Assembly: GCF_009914755.1 (NCBI RefSeq) | Contig: NC_060937.1 | Reading direction: 5' to 3' (one strand) | DNA length: 64,000 nucleotides | Origin: the human T2T-CHM13v2.0 reference genome, Homo sapiens | Part shown: in pieces, positions 25,978 to 38,945 of the stretch | How the letters are laid out: every line of letters starts with the position of its first letter | How positions within the stretch are numbered: the stretch's first letter is position 1 | Made by a program: the position numbers and the translations under genes | Notes under the pieces: generated by a model | What the model was told of the DNA's origin: nothing | The model's input: only the letters and a program-made list of their open reading frames with translations | Databases searched by the model: none

Positions 25978-26202
25978 CATTTTCTGTTTCTTTGTAACAA
26001 ATTATCACAAATTTAGTGGCTTGAAAAAACAAATCTTTTATCCCACAATTTCCATGCCTCAGGAGTCCAACTTATTTTAGCTAGATCCTCTGCTCAGGGT
26101 CTCACAAGGCTAAAATCAGGTGTTATCTGGCTGCATCCTCATCTGGAGACATTTATGAGAAAAAAAATACATCTTAAGCTCCTTCAAGATGTTTGCAGAA
26201 TA

Positions 26203-26245
<43 letters not shown>

Positions 26246-26590
26246 AGAGGCATGACTGAGCTCCCCCTTTTCTTGCTAGCTTAGAAGACTACTCTTAGCT
26301 CCTAGAGGCCACACTCAGGTCTTTGCTACATTGTCATCTCAACAACATGGGAGTTTGCTTCTCCCAGGCCAGCAGAGAATCTGTATGGCCTCAGATGTCT
26401 CTGATTTGTTTAAAGGGATCACCTGATTGGGTCAGGCCCACCTAAGACAATGTGCCTTTTGATTAAAGTCAATTGATTAGGGACCTTAATTACATCTGCA
26501 CAAGTCCCTCATAATCACAGGTCTTCTCAGACTCAAAGGAAGGGGTTATGCAAGGCATATACACCAAGGGGTGGTCATATTGAAAATAAT
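25978..26590 (-). mobile_element. MaLR LTR (MLT1E-like) containing a T39 run
   Basis: tgtaacaaattatcacaaatttagtggctt...ctctgctcagggtctcacaaggct...ggtcaggcccacc...gggaccttaattacatctgca. Confidence 0.85.
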
Positions 26591-27039
26591 CTTAGATTTC
26601 TGCTTACCGTAGATGGGAAGAGTATGACAAAAAAAAACACCATGTGATTTTCATCTTACAAAGTCACTTGGATTTCTGTGTCTATAATAGGCTGCAGATG
26701 GACAAAAGTTAGCAGGAGGACAAATCAGGAATTCACTGCCACGACATATGCAGAAGAGGGTGAGAGAAGATGTGATTTGGAATATATTTGAAAATAAAGC
26801 CAATAGTACTTGTCTGTGTATTGGCTGTGGGTGCCACGCATGAGTGGGCATAGGGCTCTGCCACCCTTGAAATTCAGGATTCCTGACTCTTTCCTATCTC
26901 TTAGAGGCCACTGCTCATGCCGCAGACCTACTCTTCTCCCTCTGCTCTCAGGATAACGGCTGAAACTGAATGCAGCCTCCAACACCTGCAGGATCTGCTC
27001 CTCCTATCCCTCAGCCTAATCCAAGACCTTGCTCTACAA

Positions 27040-27395
27040 TGACCTTACTGAAGTCCCTTGAATGTGGTCCTTATCACTTCACCTTCATCCATGCTATTCC
27101 CTCTGCCTGGAACACTCCTCCCTCATCACTTTGCCAAGGTAACTTTTCCTCTTCCTTTAGGTACCACTCCAATCATACTTCCTAGGGAGACTTTTCCAAC
27201 CTAGACAGCATCATGGCTGCTCATATCTGTTATGTACATTTACTCTTACATGTCCAATTCCTTTATTGAGGTTCATCTTCAGTGTTAAATTCTGCTCAGT
27301 GAGGGAAGGAAGAAAATCTGCCTGCTCATCAATTTGTTCATCACCACAAACACAGTACCTAGCAAATAATAATCCCTCAATATCAGCTAAATGAT
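27040..27395 (+). mobile_element. L2 3' end
   Basis: atgctattccctctgcctggaacactcctcc...cacagtacctagca...ctcaatatcagctaaatgatgaa. Confidence 0.7.
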
Positions 27396-27710
27396 GAACG
27401 GCCTCCAAACCTGCCCTCCCCAGTAATCTTGCCTAATCTCTTCATGGGTCCAGACCTTCCAAAACTCGACATGGACAAAGGTGTGGCTTTCATGGCTAAC
27501 AGCCCCAGTCCCCATACAATGACTGAACAAAGCCAATAGCCCTTTCCCAGCATACTTCTTGCCGTCCTCATCCTTTAGCCTCAAACCAAACGAGTATCAG
27601 ACGATGATGGGAAATGAAGTTCTTTTATGGAAGGGCACAATGCGGGAGAAACAGAAGATGAGGATTTGCTCTACCTCACAAAGAGAAACATTTGAAGAAA
27701 GCATTGTTCC

Positions 27711-28115
27711 ATGGTACGTATACATCGTGGAATACTATGTAACCATAAGAAAGAACAAGATCATGTCTTTTGTGGGAACATAGATGGAGCTGGAGGCTAT
27801 TATCCTTAGCAAATTAATGCAAGAACAGATAATCAAATACCACATGTTCTTACTTATAATGGAAACTAAATGATTAGAACTCAAGAACACAAAGAAAGGA
27901 ACAACAGACACTGGAGCCTACTTGAGGGTGGAGGGAGGGAGGAGGGAGGGAGGAGGGCGAGGAGCAGAAAAAATAACTATTGGGTACTAAGCTTAGTAGC
28001 TCAGTGATGAAACAATCTGCACAACAAGTCCCTGTGACACGAGTTTACCTGTATAACAAACCTGCACATGTATCCTTAAACCTGAAATAAAAGTTAAATA
28101 AAAATAAAAATAAAT
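27711..28115 (+). mobile_element. L1PA (PA13-15-like) 3' end with TSD
   Basis: L1 3'UTR with G-rich tract and A-rich tail; TSD gaagaaagcattgttcc (27694) / gaagaaggcattgtccc (28116). Confidence 0.93.
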
Positions 28116-29538
28116 GAAGAAGGCATTGTCCCATGAGAGCATGGTTCATGTACCACCATTGCTTCCAAGGGAGGGTGGGAAATAGCTCTAAGCTTATGAG
28201 GGGCACTGATGGGGGCTCCAGTTGCAATTCAATCTCTTGATCAGGGAAAGCTATGGCTGATCGCTATCTTGGACTTTTAGATGAGCTCGCATTGATAGGG
28301 GATAACTCGTGTTTTTCTAGAGGCGCTCCAGTCCCATTTGGGAACAGAACTTACTTCCTAGTATGTCTTTCATCCTGCCCTTTGTAGGACAGTAACTCAG
28401 GCATCCTCATGGGTGAGGATCTTTCATAATCCTGGCTCTTATGGTTAGAAGAGTATAAAAGGCTCTCTCTCAGCTATTCAGGAAGGCTAGAGTCAGTTTC
28501 AGTTAAATGCTTTCCCATTTCAAATTGCCACCAAGGTTAAAAGAGGAAGGCTATAGGTTGGTGTCACTTTATTTTACGACATAATCTACAGTCTTCACTG
28601 TTTCACTTAATTCAATTTTCTTCAGTCCTATAATAGTCAGCACATGCAGTTATTTTTTATGTGAAAATTATTATAAAATTGGTCCTTTACTTTCATCTGC
28701 TACAATTATGATAGGCCCCTTTCTTTATATTGTCTTCATATCTTCTAATTTGAAAGTTTGTAATTTTCCTATTAGTTCTTAAGAACTTACAAAATGCTTG
28801 CTCCCTGAAAGTCCCACTGAAATGAAGGGTCCACAGGACAAAGTGATTTTATTGCTTTCGAAGGAAAGAAAATGCATTATCTTGATAGAATCTTAGTAGC
28901 TTCTTAGCAGGTAAAGTTGGAATATTTATGAGGTCTGGAAGTTTGGTTTAAGGTTCACCTTTCATCATGGGGGCTTGGTTGGTAGTGGATTAGGATCATG
29001 CTATAACAGTTGAGGTTTAGTGAGCATAGCAAGGTGGAGATTTTGAGGTAAGGTTTCAGAGTAACAAGGAGAAGGGTAGTTTGATGCTAGTTATTGAAAA
29101 GTTGAATGTCTGATGTTCATTTGAATGTTTTATTTGGGGAGGTGGGAAGTTTTTCTGAAACAAGCAATACCATTATTTACAACTTTTATCTTCCTGAGAA
29201 GTTTCCTGGCATTGTAAACTCATATTAGTGAAGACAGTTGAACAATACAATTTTCCTAATGAGGATAGCAAGCTGTGTGGGTGTGGACAGTTCTGATCAT
29301 CAAATGAACATTAATGTTAGGATTCCTGATTCAATTAGGATTAAGGAGTCAAAATTTGGCTAATGACTCAGGCTTAAAGAAACTAAATGTGTGTAAGGTC
29401 AGTTACTTTCACAGCTAGAATTTTCACCTGATCTATCATGTCTTTTTTTTTTTTTTCCACCTATAGGGTGAGTGAAACATTAGTTGCACTAATAGTATAG
29501 GAATGGGTACTCATGACCTGGGGGAGAATTTCCAGTGA

Positions 29539-29945
<407 letters not shown>

Positions 29946-31274
29946 TGAGATCACACATGAATTAATCATGACATTTTTATGTATTCTAGAACAGCTAACT
30001 TTGTAAAATATCATGCTTGCAAATGGAGTACGCTGGTTAATTACTGTCTACTTATTTTTAACAAATATCTCACCCACTCCAGAAAGTAATTCAAGGTACC
30101 TAAGTTACTCCCCAACACCTTGTGGGCAAAGTTTATGTTTAATTTATGTGGACCACAGATTCTAGGACAGCTTCTTGTACACACTAGCATGGATGAATAA
30201 AGATATGGTAAAATACTTTTAACACTAAAAGTACTTTGAAGATAATTTCAATAATTTACTTGCTTAATAAATGATTATTCGTAAGACTGTTCTGAATGGT
30301 GCAAAATCAAAGACACTTAATCATAACATCAGTCATAACTATTGCACATTTATAAATCTCCACTGCAATTTTCTGCTTCGTATAACTTACTCTTAATAGA
30401 TACATGGGTGACCTAGCACTCAGAAATAATTTGCTATCATATTTACCAGGGTTGTTCCAACTTGTATTTGCAAGGTTCATTGTTTTTCTTCTACTGCGAG
30501 TCACATCCTTATTATTTTTGAATGATTTTACCATCATCTGAGATTTGCAGAGGATCTTTCAGTTATGATGCTTTTTTCAGAGTTCTGTCCTTCAGAGTGC
30601 ATGTACTGCTTTATTAAATTAATGTGCAAACTAGAACATGAAATTCTGCATGAATCAGTTTTATAAATCTTCTTTCAATTGTTTGAGGGAATTGGTGTGA
30701 TGGAATTTCCAGACAGAATAAAGCTGGAAATAAGGGGGAAAATGCTGTTTTAGAGAATATGAGTTTTCACATGTGTGGCATACTTTATTATTATTTATTT
30801 CATGTTATTTCACTGTTATTTTCTACAGCTCCTCTATGAAGCTTACAGTATCCTCACAAAGATGAAATTCCCTTCATCTCAGCATTCTGGGAAGAGTGGC
30901 CACTATATCCATTTATATAAATATCCCAAGTCTTAATTTTTAATAATTAATGCATATTTTTCCTATTACTTCACTAATATAATCACCTCTTCCTCATAAA
31001 TCTGGCTGTCCTTCTGTCCTCTCACATTTCATTAATTTGCTTCTTTGAAAGAAGAATAAAAGATACTTTCCCATTGATCACATTTCTTCAACATATTCAA
31101 ATATACTCTAAGGAAAACAGGTAGCCTCTTTCTTCAGGAATCGTTAGCTCTAGAAACGGTCCCTGCAGTCACCTGGAGGAAGAATAAGTGGGGTTCCCTT
31201 AGGATTTGCAGCATTCCATATCCATCATCACTATCATCCTGTAAGCCAGGGTCCTCTTTACATTTTTTAAATGT

Positions 31275-31432
31275 ATTCCATTTTGGCTTCAAAAGATGGA
31301 GTAGGTGTACTTTTCCCTATTCCTCCTGCTAAGTACTACTAAAAACCCTGGACAATATGCACAAAATAAACATAAGGAGACAATGAAAGTCGGAGAAAAG
31401 AAACCTCAGAGCCCAAGGAATAACACAGTCAC
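31275..31432 (+). mobile_element. L1M 5'UTR fragment
   Basis: gtacttttccctattcctcctgctaagtactactaaaaaccctggaca resembles the L1M 5' segment at about 12770. Confidence 0.55.
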
Positions 31433-32076
31433 ACGTTCCCATTGTTGCATTATGCCAGAATTAAGACAACTACTCCATATTGTTGAATATTTAGGTTACA
31501 TACAATTTTTACTGTTATGAAGTTATAAGGATCACCTGTGATATGGGTTTCTTTTCTATATCTCTGATATTTTTCTTAGCAGAGACTCTTAGAACTTGAA
31601 TTATGGATTAAAGAGTATGCATCATTTTAAGGTTCTTGATTTTAAGTTATTGTATATAAATAGTACATAAAAAGTATCCTCTAAAATAGAATGCATATTT
31701 TTAAAAACTGCCAAATTGTTAAAGGCCAAATGGCATGCTAATACTTTAATTGGCCTTTCTTTTATTAATAATGATGTTGAATAATTGTTGGATTTTTTGG
31801 TTGATTGTAATTTGGGGGGACTAATGTTTTTATAATCTTTATGAGTATTCATCTTATTTGTTCAAAAGTTCCTTTTATTTATTAAGATATCCCACTGTGT
31901 CTTGTGTTTGTTGCTTTTTTTTTTTACCAATTAATGATTTTGTTTTACTTTTCTTTATTGCTTTACATATATATTTGTATTACATTAATAACAGTAATAC
32001 AATTTATAAGTTTAAATATTATAGACATGTATAAAGTAGAAGGTCCTCCTGTAATTTCACCCCACATTTCTCAAAT

Positions 32077-32640
32077 TTACCCAAGGAAAACAAATCATTC
32101 TACCAAAAAGGCACATGCACTTATGTGGTCATTGCAGCACTATTCACTTTATTAATTCCTTCTGAATGGAACTTTTTGCTGTGAATAGCAAAAGAAATGG
32201 AATCAACTAAGATGCCATCAACAGTGGACTAGATAAAGAAATATGGTACGTATACACCATGGAATACCACACAGCCATAAAAAAGAATGAAATCATGTCC
32301 TTTACAGCAATATGGATGCAGCTTGAGGTCATTATTGTAAGTGAATTAACAAAGGTACAGAAAAACAAATACTGAATGACCTCACTTATAAGTGGGAGCT
32401 AAAAACTGAATACACATGCACACAAAGATAGGAACAATAGACACTGGACTGCTTGAGGGGGTAAGTGGGAGGGAAGGTGAGTTAAAGACTGCCTATCCAG
32501 TAGTATGCTCACTACCTGAGTGATGGGATCATTTGTACACCAAGCTTCAGGAACATACCATTTACACATGTAATAAACCTGCATATGTACTCACTGAACC
32601 TAAATTAAAATTCAAAGAATAATAATAAAATAAAAATAAA
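32077..32640 (+). mobile_element. L1PA (PA15/16-like) 3' end carrying a 36-bp foreign insert
   Basis: aaatcattctaccaaaaag...gcagcactattcac[insert]aatagca...gatgggatcatttgtacacc...aaacctgcatatgtac and an A-rich tail. Confidence 0.92.
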
Positions 32641-32671
32641 GAACCAGCACTGTATGGAACTTTTTAAAAAT

Positions 32672-32965
32672 TATTTATTTATTTATTTATTTATTTAATT
32701 TATTTTTCGATACAGGGTCTCACTCTGTAGCCCAAGCTGGAGTGCAGTGGTGCCTCCCGGGTTCAAGCGATCCTCCCATCTCAGCCTCCTGAGTATCTGG
32801 GACTACATGCGCATGCCACCACACTCAGCTAATTTTTCTATTTTTAGTAGAGATGGGGTTTTGCCATGTAAGCCAGGCTGGTCTCAAACTCCTGACCTCA
32901 ACTGATCAACCTGCCTTGGCCTCCCAAAGTGCTGAGATTATAGGTGTGATCCACCACGCCTGGCC
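32672..32965 (-). mobile_element. AluJ with an internal deletion and (TTTA)n tail
   Basis: acagggtctcactctg, gatcctcccatctcagcc; TSD tgtatggaacttt at 32651 and 32966. Confidence 0.94.
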
Positions 32966-32968
32966 TGT

Positions 32969-33149
32969 ATGGAACTTTCTGTTGTGGCAGTGATTTTAGT
33001 TCTTCTTACCTAATTCATCAGTTTTTTTAAACATTTGGCCTTTATTAATTCCTTCTGAATGGAACTTTTTGTTGTGATGGTGATTGTAGTTCTTCTTACC
33101 TAATTTATTAGCTTTTTTTTTTAACATTTTGTCTTCATTAATTCCTTCC
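32969..33149. repeat. Diverged ~90-bp tandem duplication
   Basis: Copy 1 at 32969-33058 and copy 2 from 33059 (atggaacttt...gttcttcttacctaatt...aacattt...attaattccttc). Confidence 0.9.
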
Positions 33150-33700
33150 TTCAACATTTTTAGTACTTTTTTTCTAATTTAGACATTTTTTAGTTCAGTT
33201 GTATTATATATTTTCTACTCATTGATGCAACATTTAACTATAAAGTTTCCTCTAGATTATAAATTTGACCATGCATTTTATGTTTTGACATATATAATAG
33301 CATTTCATTGACATTAATTTCAAAATATCTTTCATTTTATTTTGATTTCCAATTTGGGCTATTTTAGAGAGCAGCTATTATATTTTCAAGTGATTATATT
33401 TGCAGGATACTTTTCAATATAACATATAAGATTTTTTTACTATAGAATTTATCTAGTTGACTAGTCTGATTGTCATATCTGGTTGACTAGTATATGGTTG
33501 ATTTTTGGTATGTTTTCTATGAACAGTTGAAAATGATACATTTGACTTGGATTTGGAGTACAATATGTCTATATTAAGTCTCTTCTGCACCTTTTCTCTT
33601 TGTCAACACCAGCCATTAAATTCTAAAAAATTTTGTTAAATCTTCTACTCTGGCTGTGGTTTGGTTGAATTCTGCCTGAATTTCTAAGAAAATGGTTGAT

Positions 33701-33711
33701 AGGTAGGTAGG

Positions 33712-33760
<49 letters not shown>
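33701..33760. repeat. (AGGT)3(AGAT)12 tetranucleotide STR
   Basis: Counted directly. Confidence 0.97.
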
Positions 33761-35058
33761 CATGGATATATGCCTCAATGATTATGCCTTGTATTTGTTG
33801 AGAACGAACATCTTCATGTGACCTAAAACATTACACTTCGGTTTTCTGAACCATCACTGTGTTTTTCAACATCATATTTGGAAGAGGACCTGGGTTTAAG
33901 TTCTGTCTTATGTGTTGTCATTATCAAATCAGGCTATTTGTTTAAACTCTTTGAGCCTTAGTTTTCTCATTTGCAGAAGCAAGATAATAATAGTCCATTC
34001 TACCTTAATAAATTGTTATAAGGAGCATAGGAAAGTAAATAATGTAGTTTTTTAAAAGTAGAGTTTTTCCAACATAAAATACTATTTTTTAATATTTATT
34101 TACTTGTAAGTTTCAAACCTATAGCTGATATTTTTCTAAGGCTGTAATTGGCTAGCTTCTAAAGTTAAAATCCTAAGTTTGAGAAAATATTTCAAGAGTT
34201 ATCTGAAGAGTTATTCAAGAGTTAGTATTGAATACTAACTCTTTAGCTTTCTTAAATAGTTTATTAAACTGTTTTTTTCACTGGAGTACTAGGGAGAAGA
34301 GACGAAATCTCACTCTTGAGGTTAGGAATAAATTCTGCTTTTTTTTTTTTTTTTTTTTTTTTAACAGCTAGAGCATTGAATGTGAATCCTCTTCAAAGTT
34401 CATTTTATCCCCTAAATTAACTTCAGTGTGTTTGTTTTAGAACACTATGCTCTTATATGTGATTCAAGGGGCATATGGTCCCTTCATTGGAAAATAAAGA
34501 ACAGATGTGTGGTTTAGATAAGTACACATAAACATGTGAAGGTCAATGGCAGGTGACTCATTGCTTTCACCATATTGTGGAAGGGATATGAATAATTTCC
34601 TTAGAGGAAATTTAATCCTTGATACAGTGACATCAAAGAAAGCATTATTTTATTTATTTTACTAGATAAGCATAAAAGAATCTAACAAAGAATACAGGTT
34701 TCTCTGGGAATCCAGATGACGGATTTAAGAAAATGTGCTGAAAGTCAATCTAAGTGCTTAACTCACATGTCAACATAGACTCACATTAACTAAGAACAGG
34801 AACATCTTAAATATACTTCCCTTTAATTTATTTGAGTATGCAATTCATTTTTCCTGAAAAGACTATGGGTAACTTGGCATAGTAGAGTGTTTTATTGATT
34901 TTGTCTTCAGATATCAAAATATTTTATTGGAGTCCCTTGAAATAGAAACTGAGCATGTAACCTTTAATAGAAAAAAATGAAATCATAAGTTCCGGAAAAA
35001 CTTTAAAAATCTATTTTTACTTTTTGCCTGTCTTTGCTAGGATTTTCCATGTTGATCA

Positions 35059-35376
<318 letters not shown>

Positions 35377-35430
35377 TAGTTTTCTGGATGGCAAAGCAAG
35401 TCTTAAAACTGACAGGCAGCACTCTGCTAG

Positions 35431-35895
<465 letters not shown>

Positions 35896-35929
35896 TAATA
35901 CAAAAGTAGCAAGAACAGTTTTCTTAGAT

Positions 35930-36720
35930 TCATCCATTCATTTACCTCTCATTAATATATGCATGTATTACTTAATAATCCATCACTTAACCATCAAATA
36001 TGTGATAAGAGATCTACTAGGCACCTGAGGATATGCAGGTAATGTTGCTTGAAAGACCTTTTTGGAGGTCCTGGAGGATCTCAGATCATAGTGGAGGACA
36101 GAGATGTCCACAAACTATTACACAATGCTGCATTAAGAAATTAAATGTATGTATTTCTGGGGATAAAGAGAATAGCATAGAATGAATGCAGATTTGTATC
36201 TGCTTTGGTCACCATTGTATTTCAGCACCTGAAACACTGAAACCTGTGGCACTTGGTAAATATGTGATGAATACATGAAAGGATGGATGGATGGATGGAT
36301 GGATGAACAAGAGGGTCAAAGGTAGCTTTGTAGAAAAATCAACCCATTTGTAGGTTGAGGACTATAGAGGTATACATGAGAGATATATTTCCATGTGGAT
36401 AACATGATATAGAGAAAGTAAATGGCATTAGCATGTTGAGGACACAGGGCAAGTAGGTTTGCATGACAGAGCACGGTGTTTGTGGTAAAACGACAGAGAA
36501 TAAATTTGGGCAGTTTAAAAGAAACTGCAATATGAAAGGCTTTTTATGCATCACTAAGAAATCTGGTCTTGGTAATTTAAACATACTAAAAGATTTTAGG
36601 TAGAAAACTGATGTGATCTGATTTGTCAGGTGAGAGAAGGACAGAGCTACAGGGAAACAAAGCATTTGAGAGTGGTGGCAAGAGAATGGTTGAAACTAGA
36701 GGCTCTGGAATAAAGATTGA
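35930..36720. mobile_element. L2 fragments in both orientations, with (GGAT)6 at 36281-36304
   Basis: Minus-strand L2 motifs around a plus-strand L2 tail (ggtcaccattgtatttcagcacc...gtaaatatgtgatgaat). Confidence 0.6.
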
Positions 36721-36759
36721 GAAGAAATATACTTTCTCCTATAAGAATTCTGCAGGGCT

Positions 36760-37066
<307 letters not shown>

Positions 37067-37102
37067 AAGAATTCTGTAGGGCCTCCAGTAACCTTGAGAA
37101 GA

Positions 37103-37335
37103 AGTATAGCATAATTGCTAGGACCAATCATACTGGAGCCAGACTTCCTGTGTTTGAATCTGGGATTTATCATTTACCAGTCATGTGACCTTGGACAAGT
37201 TACTTAGCTTCTCTATACCTCAGTTTACTCACTTGAAAATGGAGATTAAAATGATAGTGCTTGCATCATGAAGTTGATCATTTTTAAGACTGTGTTAGTC
37301 TATAAAGTTCTTGGAAAAGCAGCAACAGTGTTTGT
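37103..37335 (+). mobile_element. MIR SINE
   Basis: ctggagccagacttcctgtgtttgaatc...tgtgaccttggacaagttacttagcttctctatacctcagttt. Confidence 0.85.
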
Positions 37336-38779
37336 TAAATTTGTTAAATAAAAGCCATATGTAATGATTCATAAATTTTTGCCTAAAATTATGCTTTAAT
37401 TTTTTGTTTTCTTTTCTGCAAAACCATATATGTTTTTATTTTCTGTCAGGTGAAAAGTTTGTCTCATTTTTAGCCTACAATGACGGATGTCTGATTCAAA
37501 AATGGGTTGTAAGTTGAACTAATCAATCAATAGAACTTGCAAAACTTTAGATGCTCAAGATAATATTCAGTACTTCCTCCTCACCGAGAATATAAAATGT
37601 CCAGAGAGAATTTGTGAGAAAGACCTTGTAGACAGAGTTGCCAGTGTACGAAGAGCCATTCACCACTACCTAGAAGGAGGAATGGAGTGAGTGCTTTCAT
37701 CACCTCAACTTCCACAGGACCACTCAGCTTCAAATGGGACTCCTGCAACTGGGGAATTTTAATATCTTGAGTCTGAATCCTGCCTGAGAATTGCAGCAAG
37801 CAGAAGGCAGACCAGCCAGCTACCCCAGCAGCGGAAGTAAGAAATAGGGTTGCTGTGTTGAGCCAAAAAAATGCATCAGGGCAAAGGAATGATGACTCCT
37901 GCCCATGATTAGAATAGAGACCACAGGGGAGAAAGGGTCACAGGGGAGGCATGCTGAGGAACTGTCCTGTAAAGAGGGAAGTTCAGGGTTCCTAGGGACT
38001 ATGAAAGGAGAGAAAATGAGGAGCCAGATAAATGTTCCTTATGCACATCAAGGGAACTGCTAATAAAAGATCTCTAGCAATGAAGAAGCAGGGGTCCCAC
38101 CCCTAAGAAGAAAGTGAGTTTGAACCTGCCTGACACAGACCTAGCATGAAGATGGTTTACAAGAGCAAGAACTTTCTCATACCCCTATATCCCCTCACTT
38201 TCAATATTCTAACTTCAGAGCTATCAGACATCAGGGTTAGTGAGCTGGGTGGGGAAGAGAATCAAAGCAGGTTGTAGCTCATGTCAACCCCCTCACCTTT
38301 TCCCTCAGCCAGCAGAAATTAGAAGCATTAACTTCTATATAAGAGACATTCAGTACTTTTAAGTACCAAATGAGACTATTTTGTGATTGAAAGTGATCTT
38401 AAGCCTTTGGCTTCCATTCTGCAATGTCCTGTAACCTCCCTTTTTCATGCATGGGCAGGGGAATATCTAGCTCACTGAGCAGCCTAAGAGACCAGTGAGA
38501 GAAGGAAACACATTTTTTTCTGTGACTTGCATTCTACAAATTATGCTTGACCAGGGTACTGGTTATGATTTTTTTATTTTTGTCTTCTGTTTTATTCATT
38601 TGCACATTTCACACCAGACAAATCAACTCACTCTGGACACCACACAGGAATTATATTTCCAGACTTTTTTCATGCCTCCTTTCCCAACTGACATGAAAGT
38701 GCTTGTCACATTCAGAATTTCTAACAAACACCCCATTATTCTAATGATGCCAACAAATGCTTTGATTACTTGTCCTTAA

Positions 38780-38945
38780 CCTGCCATCTTAGATAGATTT
38801 CAGAGAGTCTTTGAATCCCTGAAATTGTCCCCCAAATTACAGATGAATGCACATAGGAACACTTTTTTCTCGTGGCAGCATTTATGGATTTGCTAGATTC
38901 TCAAAAAAAGAACAGAAGAAAACAAAAAGTAAGAAAACGTGTTCA
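38780..38945 (+). mobile_element. hAT-Charlie MER103-like fragment
   Basis: ttcagagagtctttgaatccctgaaattgt...agattctcaaa resembles MER103C as recalled. Confidence 0.5.

Noticed and set aside
30307-30537. 76-aa minus-strand ORF in unique DNA
   Set aside because: It has no recognisable homology or convincing splice context, and its length is within chance expectation.
37560-38480. Purine-rich block, possibly an ancient LTR
   Set aside because: I could not define termini or a family with enough confidence to list it.
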